DNA of 61,768 nucleotides, the filler included, from Choristocarpus tenellus KU-1152 (taxonomy: Eukaryota > Protista > Phaeophyceae), in NCBI GenBank assembly GCA_964200185.2. It is 13 parts of 13 records of this genome, joined end to end, with 100 filler letters (N's around TTAATTAATTAA, not from the genome) between each part and the next. Parts side by side here need not be neighbours in the genome. Positions count along the whole stretch, not along the records: positions 49,387 to 53,142 come from CAXNAD020018122.1; positions 53,243 to 58,619 come from CAXNAD020010987.1; positions 58,720 to 61,768 come from CAXNAD020022690.1; 10 more parts are not named here. One strand, 5' to 3'. Made by a program: the position numbers and the translations under genes. Of this stretch, positions 50,113 to 61,768 are shown one piece after another. How positions within the stretch are numbered: position 1 is the first letter of the stretch; every line of letters starts with the position of its first letter. The notes under the pieces were generated by a model. The model was given only the letters and a program-made list of their open reading frames with translations, had not been told where the DNA came from and searched no databases.

Positions 50113-52457
50113 GGGCAAGACGAAATCTTAGTTGATTAGTGATGGTAATTAGTTTTGATATGTGTAATTTGCCGCGTGCTCGAATGATGTTGCACAATAA
50201 TGGTGTGGTGGAAATTAGCAAGGAGTATCTATATATTACAATTAGGGCACGATTTATGGATACATTTTCGTTGGTGTTAGAAACAGTCGTATGTGTTACG
50301 TTCAGCACGTTTGGGGTTGACAATTGTGTGGTGGCTACCTTGCCAGGAGTATGTATGCCTTCTTTCGTTGGCAGGATTGGTGGATGTATCTTCGTTGGTG
50401 CTAGTGATGAAACTATTTGTGATTTTCTTTATGTTTGGGGTGCATGTTTGAGGGATGCTTCGCAATTCTGCAATGGTGACTATCTTGCCATTTGCATCTA
50501 TAACTCCATGTATTTTTTGGTGTATGTGGCGAGATGTCGGCATGATAACATCTCCCCTTTTTTTCCGTTTTTGGATGTTTGGGTTGATCCCTTCAAGCAG
50601 TGTTTCGCCAGTGGACTTTGGACCTGGTATTGGTGCTGGTGCTTGCTGTATCTCGACAGCATTTGAGTAGCATACATCTGCATGTATCATTCAATTTGCC
50701 GTGGCAGGAGAGATATTTTTGTAGCACTGTTTGCTGTGTGTTGGGTAGCAGCAGTAATTAGATGTATTTATATGTATCGTACATGCTGAATCCACGGCAA
50801 TGGACCTATATTTTTGCCTTTTCTCAGGTCCACTACTGGAGGATTGCAGTGATATATTGTCGAAGGAGGGAAGATTATTGTTTATGTAGATAATTTACAT
50901 TTGTCATTCCATAACAACTAGACATTAATCATTTTTTTGCAGTCTATCCGTTTTCTTTTTCATGTTAATGTTAACATCGAAGTGTCTGACTGAATAAGGG
51001 CAAGGTTGTGAGACTGACTGGCTGTAAGCTGCACTGTTCATTGTACTAATTACAATTCGCACCTCAAGGTAGGTGAAGAACAGAAATGTGTAGTAAGACG
51101 AGCGGTTTGCAGTGTGAACAATATAATAGCTCAAATGACACACACATTTTTTTCAAGTGTCTAGTATTTCTGTCCCTGCTGCACGCAATTGTAAAAACAA
51201 CTGTGAATTTTGTATATTAAGTTTGCATCCTTGAAATACAACCTTGGGTACCTCTCGTTTACATTGGCTAATGTTGAAAGATGTGATGTATATTGGGTAT
51301 ATTTCTATTCTTCTCCACTCTGTCGACGTATATGACTTAGTAGAAGTAGGTGTGTGCTTGGGAAATCTCAATTGACAAGCATTCAGGAGTACCTAGGTAC
51401 ATTCCCTGTTTGTATGAGGCTAAGGTGCTAGAAACGGAATTGGTTCATAGTGTGCTGTGTCGGTGAAGGGTGACTCTCGCGCATTTGTTCACCGCCACAT
51501 TTTCTTTTTGAAAAAAATTGCATGTGTTTAGTAGTGATGTTGAACACCAGTAGGTTTTCTTCTGTTTGATGACATGTCGCATATAGGACATACAGCAATA
51601 TGATCACTCCTATAGTAGTGGTGGAGAGAGGGCCATGCATCCAAACGCTCTATACATGAACAGCCTTCCAACGAAGTAGGGCACCTCATTTTTTGGATTA
51701 ATGTTCAAATGGGTACATTATATAACACCACTCTTGTTGCCCATGGACTATCTGCTGTTTTCTTCTCGTGATTAGAGCTGGAGGTACACGTCAATAAAAT
51801 GATCAATTCCCCATCCCTGCTCCCCAAGAAAAAAAATGCATACAGGCATTAATTTTCACATGAGTTACAAGGCTCCCACGTGTAACAAGCCCATGAACGC
51901 CCCTGACCAGCTGAGTGTTGCATGTCGCCTTTCACCACTCGCCCCGACTTTACGACATCATGCACTGTCACATACAACTCATGAGTGTGGTGTATACATC
52001 CATAGAGTGTGATGTTGCTTGCTGCATCCCGATTATCTATGATCCCTACGTACAAATAGCACGTAGTGCTTTGCAGTACTACGGATGAGAAGTGTGCACA
52101 TGAGTCTATCGCTGCCTTACATCTCTTAGGGTCTGGAGTGTTTGGTTAGATAATGGAATGTGCCCTATACTTGATATATCCGCTTATCCTGTCTTGATAG
52201 AGATAGGATGATGAAGCTTATGACGCCCAATCGTCAATCGTTTTCCCTAGAATATGTGTTGTTGCTGTGGAGGGAGGAGTATACACTAGGACAATATTCA
52301 CAAGCAGGAAGCATGTATACTCTCTATTTGAAACTCCTTGCTGTGTTTTCAAGGAGTATTTATATCTTCGCAGCATCACGCTCGGAATAACGGAGAAAAC
52401 CACACCAATACATAGGTCGACACACTCAATTACTCCTGTACCCAGTACTTGAATGAA

Positions 52458-52632
52458 GGAATAAAGTATCTGGAGGGGGGTGCCCAGCTGTCCATTCGGG
52501 CTCATTTTTCCATATCGCGATTTTTGGGTAATTTGGTTCCATGCGTCGGATGGATAATCTAAGTTAACTTCTCCTGGTCAGGGCCCGAATGGACACCCAG
52601 GTGTAGACCCCCCCCCACAGATACTTTGAGAC
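52458..52632. mobile_element. MITE family 1 copy
   Basis: AAAGTATCTGGAGGGGGG...CCCCCACAGATACTTTGAGAC. Partial copies also abut gaps or the window end at 25530, 38763, 44837, 49243, 49387, 53051, 58580 and 61746. Confidence 0.85.
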
Positions 52633-53246
52633 CGAAGGTGGAGTGTATACTACTACTATTAGTGAGCATATTTACTCTGTAGTACATTATATTTTTGGAT
52701 AGCGTAAGTTTGTTCAAGTTTCACACTCTATTTTGTCTGCAACACTTCAAACTAAAAAACGACTCTGGACATATGAGATATCCACACACACATATATGCG
52801 AGGATAACAACAGCAACGGTCGTGGAGCGGATGATGACATTAAGGAAAACAAGATACATCAAAACATTTACTACGAAGAAATAGCATCCATTGCCTTTCC
52901 TTTCTTTCCCAGGCTCTACCATGAATTGCGGGGACTCACAAATTAACACTACAACAATGCTAGGACAACACACACGCGCAACAATATGTGCACAACCATC
53001 AATGAAAAGTACAAGATAGTTCTGGAATCCATGACTGGTCGGTAGGCCATGGGTCAAAGTATCTTGGGGGGGGGGGTGGTTCGTGAGGGGGTGTCCGTTT
53101 CGGCCAAACAATTTTTTTTTGCTGAAATTTCAAATCCGACACNNNNNNNNNNNNNNNNNNNNNNNNNNNNNNNNNNNNNNNNNNNNTTAATTAATTAANN
53201 NNNNNNNNNNNNNNNNNNNNNNNNNNNNNNNNNNNNNNNNNNACAG

Positions 53247-53468
53247 ACGCCAAGCAATCTCGCCGGGTTTATCACCTTTATCCTCTTTGATGATTTTGGG
53301 GATACTTTAACATGATGCTGGGCTTGATCCACCCCTAGATATTCTTTCCTTGTTTCTATATCGCCTTCATAGTATCGGGACCATTGGGTGACGCAGGGTT
53401 TGATCGACTCCTAGAATTCTTCCCTTGGTTCCAGATCGCCTTCAGCGTTGTAGGAGTAGCTTCAGCAG
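53247..53468 (+). pseudogene. Possible disrupted exon of a membrane-protein gene
   Basis: Hydrophobic reading TPSNLAGFITFIL[frameshift]FWGYFNMMLGLIHP*IFFPCFYIAFIVSGPLGDAGFDRLLEFFPWFQIAFSVVGVASA between CAG and GTGCGT. Family not recognised. Confidence 0.3.
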
Positions 53469-54452
53469 TGCGTGTCATCGTGTTTTTATTGTTTCCAGAT
53501 GGAATGCAGCACCTGTTGTATATATACTCAGTGTGGTCTTGTACACACATCAACCCATACGAAATACACAACAACTGACAACGTATGTGTGTATACGAGT
53601 CCGGATCTTGCTCTGCCAAGTTCTATAGAAAGAGGAAAGCAAGTCACATTATCAAAGACTTAACTCCCCAGAAAAATGAGCCGGAAAACAGGGGTAAAAA
53701 TAGTAGGGGATCCCATGTTCGTGACAACACTAAACTTACGCGAGACAGACAGTAGTTACTGCTTGTATGACTAATAATACTCGTAGTAGATGGATAAACT
53801 ATTAGTCAGTAGAGAGCGAAGGTCTCACGAGTTGCTTCCATATCGGAGCTTTGTTTGATATAGCCATCATAACTGTTTGATCTAACTATGAATAGGAACC
53901 TACACTACTCTGTTGTATTATATGGGAAATCACCCCACTATGCCGTTGATGGCCTTAAATATGAACACTCCAACGAACCGTTGAAAGCTTGCATATTCAG
54001 GAATTCATTGCTAAACTGCAGATAGAGTATGATTCGACAGAGACTGGTTTATTTTTTACTATCCTCCTGTGGGACTGCTCCTCGTACACTGAGACACCCC
54101 CAGCTACAGGTTACGCAAGAGTCATGTCGCAGTACTATTGGAATCGAGCTGAAGATATTGTTTGTGATTGTTCTACTGATCACATCAATCTTTCATGTAC
54201 TTTAAGTGTGTACTCCGGAGTAGTATTCTATTATTGAACTGGCACTTGCAACAAAAGAAAAATACAGTTTACTGGAACACACTTCTGTTGGTTTAATGCT
54301 GTTCAGAACACGAAATGAGTTAGTAGGAGCAACAAACAGTCTTGGTACCCAATTTTCTAGAACTTGTAAGTACTCAAGACACCTTCGTTTTAGCAAGGAA
54401 GTATGAAAGATTGTCATACTCAACTAAAAAAAAAAAAAATTGAGGCGTTATT

Positions 54453-54707
54453 GAGTCAAACCAACTGAGAGGTAGGCAGGGTTGCATTTAAGGGATCCTG
54501 AGAAAGGGCATAAAGATGTTTTGTACAATTGCCTTAAGAGACTTTGCTGAATTGTGATGTCACTTTGTGTGTGGAAAGAGGGAACATCAATTTTGCGTAC
54601 ACTATTGTGTGCATAAAGCAATGAAATAGGGTATAGGTGGAGGGTAAGAAATATGTCTTATTCTACACTAGGGTTTGAACCTGCCTACCTCTCAATTGGT
54701 TTGGCTC
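54453..54707. mobile_element. MITE family 3 (255 bp)
   Basis: TIRs GAGTCAAACCAACTGAGAGGTAGGCAGG / CCTGCCTACCTCTCAATTGGTTTGGCTC, with ATT duplicated on both flanks. Confidence 0.88.
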
Positions 54708-56079
54708 ATTTGCAATGGTGATGATGACTACAATCGCTAGGAAAAAAATCTTAAGCAAAGGAGGGATAAAGATATATGTTGTGGGTATAGGTGCCATTTC
54801 ATCATAGCAAGTTGTGTTCGCCTATCAGATAGTATCAACTGCCATACGGAAGGCCTCTCTGTTTTGTCCCACACTAGGGTCGCGGTTGACAGATTGATTG
54901 TGTTGACATGTCCAACAGAGGCCTAAACTTCATGAGGAATCCAATGGTGACCACCACTCTATTTCGCCGTATGTAAGGATAACATTTAGCCAAGTGCATA
55001 CAATGTCAGGGTTGGAAGCTTTATTTTACTTGCAAATGTAACATGTCACTTCTGTTCTGGATAGTGCTGAGGTAATAAAACACAAAGACAAACATTATAC
55101 GTAGGACTTCAAGCAATTAATTCAAAACTTTATTTCCCTGTGAGACTTCTTACAGGCAGGTTATTGGTGAGTGCAGTCTGGTTGCTGGTCTGGAGTTCCA
55201 GCGAAATCAGCACAAATTATCTTTCCTTTCAACTAACTCCTCAAAAGAATATGCCACATGTCAATGCGCTTGAGTCAGGAGGATCAGGTTGCATTATGTA
55301 CCGACTTGGATGCTCTACTATTGTTCTCAAACGTTTCCAAGTTAACACCTCGAAAATTATGGCTAAATAAACTCTAAAATGCTCATCATGAAAGCAACTC
55401 CTACTCTCTCACGATACTGAAGGCTATGTACTCACTCTCCATGGGAAATACTTGAGGTCTAACTATTTTTTAATCAACATTTATGACCTGTTCAGCACAG
55501 ATTCGCGATCATTGTAGTCCCCAGCATCATACAACCACCATATACCTATGTACTTAGCAAGTGTACACTTCGCCATCAATGTTCTGAGTGGTGTTGAATG
55601 ATAAATTACACGTAGCAGGTATGTGATGGGGGTTTTATTACCATGGTCTGCTTCAGGTATACCATCCGAGGATTGAGGCAATGATGAGTAATATGTGGAG
55701 TATGATTTTGTGATCCCATCGAGATGCAGCACATCCTTGAATTATCCAAGAAATGGATAGCAATTCTTCTTTGGGTACTTCTGACTATAAATGTCTACGT
55801 TCACGGTATAAGTGACTTGATACACCACTAAGATATACTAAATACGTTTTGGGGGTAATTCCACGAGAAGAAATTGAATGAGCATGTGAGAATGTCAATA
55901 TTGAACCCATCTCTGAGAACTGAAAGAAGCTCATATTTAATCTTTCAATACTGAAATTAAGACCTTGGAGAGGATGTGAGGGGTTGTTCTATAACAAACG
56001 AAGGCTTTTCCACCATTGAAATGTATGTACAGCATGTAAGACAGCAGCATGCAAAAGCGATGATGCCAAAAAAAAATGA

Positions 56080-56124
56080 AATAATAATAAGAACAACAAC
56101 AACAATAACAATAATAACACTATG

Positions 56125-56161
<37 letters not shown>

Positions 56162-56172
56162 TTACGACGACT
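56080..56172. repeat. Compound trinucleotide microsatellite (AAT/AAC, then (ACT)n)
   Basis: Directly visible. Confidence 0.95.
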
Positions 56173-58284
56173 ACAGTATCTGAGGTTTGACATGATGGAC
56201 AGGTGTTCATTGTGAACTGAAGCTGATCTTTTCCACAGGACGTAAGAAGCAACAATTTCTTTTTTCAATGGGTGTATTCCCATCCATGCATTTTGTGTGT
56301 ACGCCTTCTAGATGCTCAGGTCTAGTGTATCCCCCCCGTCCCCCCTACAAATTAATAGGGCAGTGGACAAGAGCGGGTATACCGGTGCCATCTCGGGCAA
56401 AACGCAGGTACAGCAGAAAAAAGTCAGATAATGAGGCACCCCTGCCAAGATCATCCCCACATCCGTTCTCACCCCGATGTTGACGGATACAACATCCTTG
56501 CCTACTCCACACATCACTCACCTGCTTTCGCCCATTTAAAGTACTCTGATTGAATTAAAACTACAGTCCTTCCGTCCCACATACCCCACATGTTCACATG
56601 TTCCACCACCTACCTGTTACTACTGGCATGAGGGAATAGTTCCCAGCAAGAGGGGATGGTTCCGATGGAAAAATATAATTTTGATGTTGTCTGGAGATGA
56701 GGATGAGAGTTTGGAGCATGCGTGGTGTGTACAACGGAAGGACTGTATTGTTCGTTCGATTAGAATACTTCACAATGGCTAAAATAAATGGGCACAGATT
56801 CGAGGAAAAATTTTGGTCAAAAGTAGTTAGCAATGTCAAGAGTAGACAAGGGGCGTTGCACCTGTCAACATAGGGGTGAGAGAGCAGGTACAGGGACGAA
56901 TATAGATGGGGTGAAGGTACGAGCACCCCATTATCCTGGTTTTCCGCTATACATGTTCTTGACCCCTAAAAGGCACAATTATAACTGTTCTTGTCCATTA
57001 TCCTAAGAATATTACCAACTATTCTATAAGTAAAGTTGCTTCAAGATATACATGATCATGTAGACAACTTCTTTGCAAAGGAAAACATTAGAGTCCCTCG
57101 GATCTCGCACTGCACAGTCTCCTTAGCACATCTGCCCATTCAAGGCCAACAACTCGGGGTGGTTCCTCAAACACTCACTTAACCTAATTCTCTTCCCACC
57201 TTGAAGGCGACCATTGGGATTACACAGAGGCAAAGACGATATAGCTCCACCAATCTAGTATCTTTGAACTACACCACCTTGTGTGCAGAGCAGAGTTTAC
57301 AGGTCACGAAACCTTTCTTGAATACTTCCACAATACCCTCGTTGGTCTGCTCATTTGGTCAACTGCTGTAGTCCTGCTCCCGATTAAACCTGCGGAAGCA
57401 AGAGGAGGCGCGGTAATTGAGATTGCAATTAACTCATTGTTGATCATCCCTCAGACCTGTACCTCCTCACCCTTCCCCACATCCTCGTTGGCCTCTTCCC
57501 CTGACATTCTGAACCTGTCTTACAGTCCCACATCCTCCAGATCCAGCTTCAGCTGTCCCAACTTCTATTTCACTTACATCAGACTGGACTCCTCTATAAG
57601 TATCACTCAGCGACGAATTCACTGCCCTCCCATTGTGCAGCCATCCCCCCAGCAGTTCCTCTTCATCCCCAGCCACATGTGTTCCCCTGTCTGACTTGTC
57701 TGGACTGTGGCCAGTAGTCTGATACGTCATGGTTGTGCACTGAAAGTCTGTCAGGTCTGGCTCAGATTTGTAGACCTTGTGCAGCCTTGTCTAGAGTATG
57801 GGATAAGGACAAACATATAACTGATGGAATCCATTGGTATCCATGTCTGCGAGCCCCTTCCATATAGTAATTTCTCTCAAATTTTCTCTCTCCATCACTC
57901 AGCCATTCCCTTGATATCCTGAAGTCATTATTGCATCTTCTCCACGTTTCTCATGGTGTTCTTCGTGCAGCCCAAAGGTGCTTCACCATTACATGGGCAT
58001 GGCTTAAACCCTTCGTCCTCTGGTCAAACATCAGAGAGAAAACCAATGAGTAGAATGAAGCACTGCTTGAGTTGAAGGATGACAAAAAATAGAGTGAGCG
58101 ATATAATAATTAGTTTGACACTAATTGCAGTGACCAGCAGTGAGTGATGACTTTCAAAATGGCACTACACAGATCTGAAAAATAGGATTGGCTTGTGACG
58201 TGACCATGCATGAGTGTGCAGGAAGAGCATTTTCCAACGTGCCGTTTTTATACTCAAATAAATATAAATAAAACTTACGAGGCA

Positions 58285-58465
58285 CTGATTGACATACATA
58301 TGTACACTTCTTACCTCTATTGAATAAGAATAAACCTCAAGAGCATTGATGTATATGTGTATTTCTTACCTCTAACGAGCATGAATAATATATAGAGCAT
58401 TTATTTAAGTGATACATATATGCACACTTCTTTCCTCTAATGAACAGGAATAAGCTATAGAGCAA
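58285..58465 (+). repeat. Three degenerate ~60-bp tandem units
   Basis: TAT(A/G)TG..(A)C(T)TCTT(A/T)CCTCTA..GA..A.GAATAA...AGAGCA repeated three times. Confidence 0.7.
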
Positions 58466-58843
58466 AAATATAAAAATACTCTCCGCTTCGCTACATATCT
58501 ACATTTTTTGTCTCCAAGAAGCTAATGCTTCCAACATCCACAAATGTTTCATCTCACTCTTGTGTTTGCTTCCACTCCAGGCTCAAAGTATCTGGGGGGG
58601 GTGGCGGCTGTCCATTTGGNNNNNNNNNNNNNNNNNNNNNNNNNNNNNNNNNNNNNNNNNNNNTTAATTAATTAANNNNNNNNNNNNNNNNNNNNNNNNN
58701 NNNNNNNNNNNNNNNNNNNGACATTTTATATACATAAATATAATTTTCATTGGTTTCCCCCCTGACACATCTGCAAAATGTAAGAGGGCATAATAATAAT
58801 AAAAATATAATATATATCCACAGGAATATACACAACTGTAATT

Positions 58844-58892
58844 CTAGCCCTAGCCCTAGCCCTAGCCCTAGCCCCAACCCTAACCCTAACCT
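58844..58892. repeat. Interstitial telomere-like hexamer tract (CCCTAG/CCCTAA)
   Basis: Directly visible. Similar tracts at ~21758, ~45836 and ~61242. Confidence 0.85.
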
Positions 58893-59513
58893 CATAAAAC
58901 AATAAAATATCATGTATGCTGGATGATGGGTTGGGTCGTGTATGATTGTTTCGACAGGTATCTTGGTCTTCTTTTTCCTCCCCCAACACATCTCCTACAA
59001 AACGACAGTAATGGGGAAACTAATATTGTTGTTTACAATGGTCCTTGTCACATAGTTTTGGCTTTTCCCTACCACATCTCCCAAAATATCATAAACATAA
59101 ACAGTATTGATATACATGTAACAATCGTGTACCAGTACTTCAGTTCAGGATTATATGCATGACGTTGTACCAGTCAATGACTTTGACGGGTCATCCGAAA
59201 AACGGCTGATATTTAAAAAAATACCTAGTCTGTCAAGATATTTAATATATATATATTATATATATATATATATATATATTGAACTAGCATTCAAAAATCA
59301 AGAAACGTTTGAAATAACGAATAGAACACCTGTTGGTTTAGTGGAATAAAATAAAATAACACATAGTATTAATAATTATTGTGAAAATCTCGTAAGATAC
59401 TCGTTTCCCGCAGGAGCATATACATCCTCACGAGATAACACCTTCAAAAGAGGGGTGTTGTGGGCAGACCTCCATGCCTTACGACAACTTCTTCTGGTGT
59501 CAACCGATTTACA

Positions 59514-60575
59514 ATGGAATCTCCCTCTTTCATTACGTTGTCAGCCCTGGTAGAATCTCCCACCGATGCATCTTGGGGACAATTGCCTAGTGATGCAGAC
59601 CTGATGGAGTGGGTTGACGGTTCGTCTGTACAGGACGATCTCTTGTTCCCCCTCGAACACGGGGAAGACGATACCACCACGGTATTAGATGCCGAAGTTG
59701 ATGGGCCTGCCACTTTTGACCTTTCACGCGTAGTCACGTCCTCTCCTAATGACCCCATCTACGGAAACTCGATGAACACTTCCTGGGCGGGAGCTGGCAT
59801 CAATGGTGGTACCAACCCTCCTGGTGGACACTCTCTTGTCCAGGATGCCCCAACTGAGCTTATGTCGGCGCCGTCAATGCTGGAAGTCGGAGGACGTCAA
59901 AACCCTAAGTTAAAACATACCAGGGAGGCCCTACACCATGAAAGCTCTGTCTGTGTGCTGGTAGTAGGCCGTGAAAAGGGCGATGGCTGTGAGGCAGCCA
60001 AGATGATGTCTGATCAAGCGCTGCATCGCTACCACCTCAAAGCTGAAGTCGATCAAGTTATAGACGGTAAACGAGCTGTCGAGAGAGTTCGGGCTCTAGC
60101 TCGCCACGGCTTACAATACCGTATAGTCTTGCTGGAGCTTGAAGGCAAGCCGACTGATGCTGTAGTTACAGCCAGGGGGCTCAGAGCTGCCAACTTCGCC
60201 GGGCCCATCGTGGTCGTGGCATCACCAGAGGGCCTCACTCAGATCTCACAACCATGTCCGGAGGACGGTGTGGAGGTGCTCCTCGAGACATTCAGCGACT
60301 GCCTGGAAACACCTGTCCATCCCTACAAGGTATGTGGCGTCGTGACCCGATGGCTATTACCACCAAGGACTGGGCTGGGGGACTGTGGCATCGGCAAGCT
60401 GAACATCACGAAGCCAGTGGGGCAGCCAAAGACTCTCGTAACCACCTCGATACAGGATAGGATCCCTGTCACGTCACCATCCATGTTTCTTCGTCCAGGT
60501 TGGCCAGGGTCTCCAGGGAGGCATTTTCGTCCCCTTTTGCGGCGGAATCTGAATCAAAGTCACAGTTCAAGGTAG
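59514..60575 (+). CDS. Intronless ~353-aa protein with a degenerate response-regulator receiver (pseudo-receiver) domain
   Basis: Longest ORF in the window, with first ATG in ACAATGG context. CheY-like pattern VLVV...DGKRAV...YRIVLLELEG..DAVVTARGLR..FAGPIVVVAS...DCLETPV...VVTRWL, flanked by an acidic/Ser-rich N-terminus and a Pro/basic C-terminus. Confidence 0.75.
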   Translation: MESPSFITLSALVESPTDASWGQLPSDADLMEWVDGSSVQDDLLFPLEHGEDDTTTVLDAEVDGPATFDLSRVVTSSPNDPIYGNSMNTSWAGAGINGGTNPPGGHSLVQDAPTELMSAPSMLEVGGRQNPKLKHTREALHHESSVCVLVVGREKGDGCEAAKMMSDQALHRYHLKAEVDQVIDGKRAVERVRALARHGLQYRIVLLELEGKPTDAVVTARGLRAANFAGPIVVVASPEGLTQISQPCPEDGVEVLLETFSDCLETPVHPYKVCGVVTRWLLPPRTGLGDCGIGKLNITKPVGQPKTLVTTSIQDRIPVTSPSMFLRPGWPGSPGRHFRPLLRRNLNQSHSSR

Positions 60576-61429
60576 AGGAGGTGGCCATTTCGCACTGAAA
60601 CACATAGGTCATTACTACTCTCTATAGACGACAGATGAAACTCCCAAGTGTTTTTTGAGTATCTAGCAGCAAGGTGCCAGCTCTGCTGCTTCCTTTGAGT
60701 TCAGTTGGTTGATATCTTTTGAAATGGTGATGGGTCAAGAGCAGGACTAAGTATCATACCCTGGAAATCACAACAGCAGAAAGCTGAAACTCATCATCAT
60801 GCTTGTTGCGATATATATATATAGAGAGAGAGAGATGGATGAACATATGACTCCCCACTCCATTACAGTATCCAGTCCAAGTATTGCTTCCTTTAATCCT
60901 TTTCGAAATTAAAAATATATAGCGGAGAGGTCTTGAGGGTGGAAGATTCAACCCGTGTCAACAACTGCCTGCGTAAGGAGAGGATGTTTGGGGGGCGATC
61001 GGATGACTGTGCGGATCCATGCAGCCTCTTCGGGGAACACTTTGTCAGCAAGAACAAGCAACCTGCTCGAGATTTCGAGTTCATGTTTGGGCAAGGGATC
61101 GTGATTCTTGAGGTTGAAGGAGGACGAGACGGTCATTTTGTTCCCACGGTGAGTGGTGCAACATACACCTTGTCCTACCCACTGTACATGCTTTGGTTAG
61201 GAACAACACCTTGCGCAGATTCGCTAAGGAGCTTTATCAGGGCTAGGGTTTGGGGTTGGGGTTAGGGTTAGGGAGAGGGGGAGGTTGCATGGCAAACATA
61301 CACTAGGAAGTGTTTTTAATTAGTGTGTTGCATAGAGGCTGTAACTACTTACACATTTCTACTCGTGAGCAACACGTTGGGTGTTTTTCATTATTTCTAT
61401 GATGAGGCATGCTTGAGTGAAGTTCATGT

Positions 61430-61693
61430 GGGTGAAAGTCTCTTATTAAGAGAGGGTACGAGTTTTTCCCTGTTTGTCCGTTTGGGGTCTGGCTCCCCAC
61501 GCTTTTTTAATGGCATTTTACCTACTCCAAAACATTTTTGAGTAGGTAAAATGTATACGTTATCAAAGTTGTGTCCGGAACAAGGATATTGACACCTTCC
61601 TGACAAACGCGATACCCCAAATTACATCAAAATCGCAACATTGGATTTTCGACCCCAAAGGACGCGGCTATACCCTCTAAGATACTTTGACTC
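61430..61693. mobile_element. MITE family 2 copy (complete)
   Basis: GGGTGAAAGTCTCTT / CCCTCTAAGATACTTTGACTC, with TGT duplicated on both flanks. Confidence 0.88.
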
Positions 61694-61768
61694 TGTCGCA
61701 ATCTCCACAACATAGAATGATGATGGACTATTCTATGTGAGCATTGACCCAAAGTATCTGGGAGGGGG

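Noticed and set aside
55957-56283. ORFs with poly-Ser, poly-Val and poly-Leu resembling membrane proteins
   Set aside because: Produced by trinucleotide microsatellites.
58844-58892. Telomere-like tracts as chromosome ends
   Set aside because: Short, degenerate and internal to contigs.

Overview
Eukaryotic, intron-containing, repeat-rich DNA, most likely from a brown alga or close photosynthetic stramenopile. That assignment is an inference from a bipartite 'VSA-F' plastid presequence, 72-nt one-LRR-per-exon architecture and a WSC domain. The window is a concatenation of 13 contigs joined by an artificial 100-bp spacer (N..TTAATTAATTAA..N), so adjacency across spacers is not biological. Host genes recognised: a complete 6-exon plastid phosphate translocator (TPT family, -), the 5' part of an LRR gene built from tandemly duplicated ~650-bp exon+intron cassettes (+), the 5' part of MRD1/RBM19 (-) head-to-head with a complete 4-exon MDP-1 HAD phosphatase (+), the 3' end of a WSC-domain gene (+), an intronless pseudo-receiver-domain protein (+), and a tentative orphan multi-exon gene (-). 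The rest is mostly decayed transposable elements: two Ty1/copia remnants with LTRs, a Ty3/gypsy pol remnant, mariner and Tc1-like remnants, 3' ends of an RLE-type LINE, three related MITE families with 3-bp TSDs, nested TIR elements and a degraded YqaJ-like exonuclease. The most interesting items are the LRR exon-cassette array with a mosaic unit and the pseudo-receiver protein. All splice models and family calls were made by eye, without database searches.
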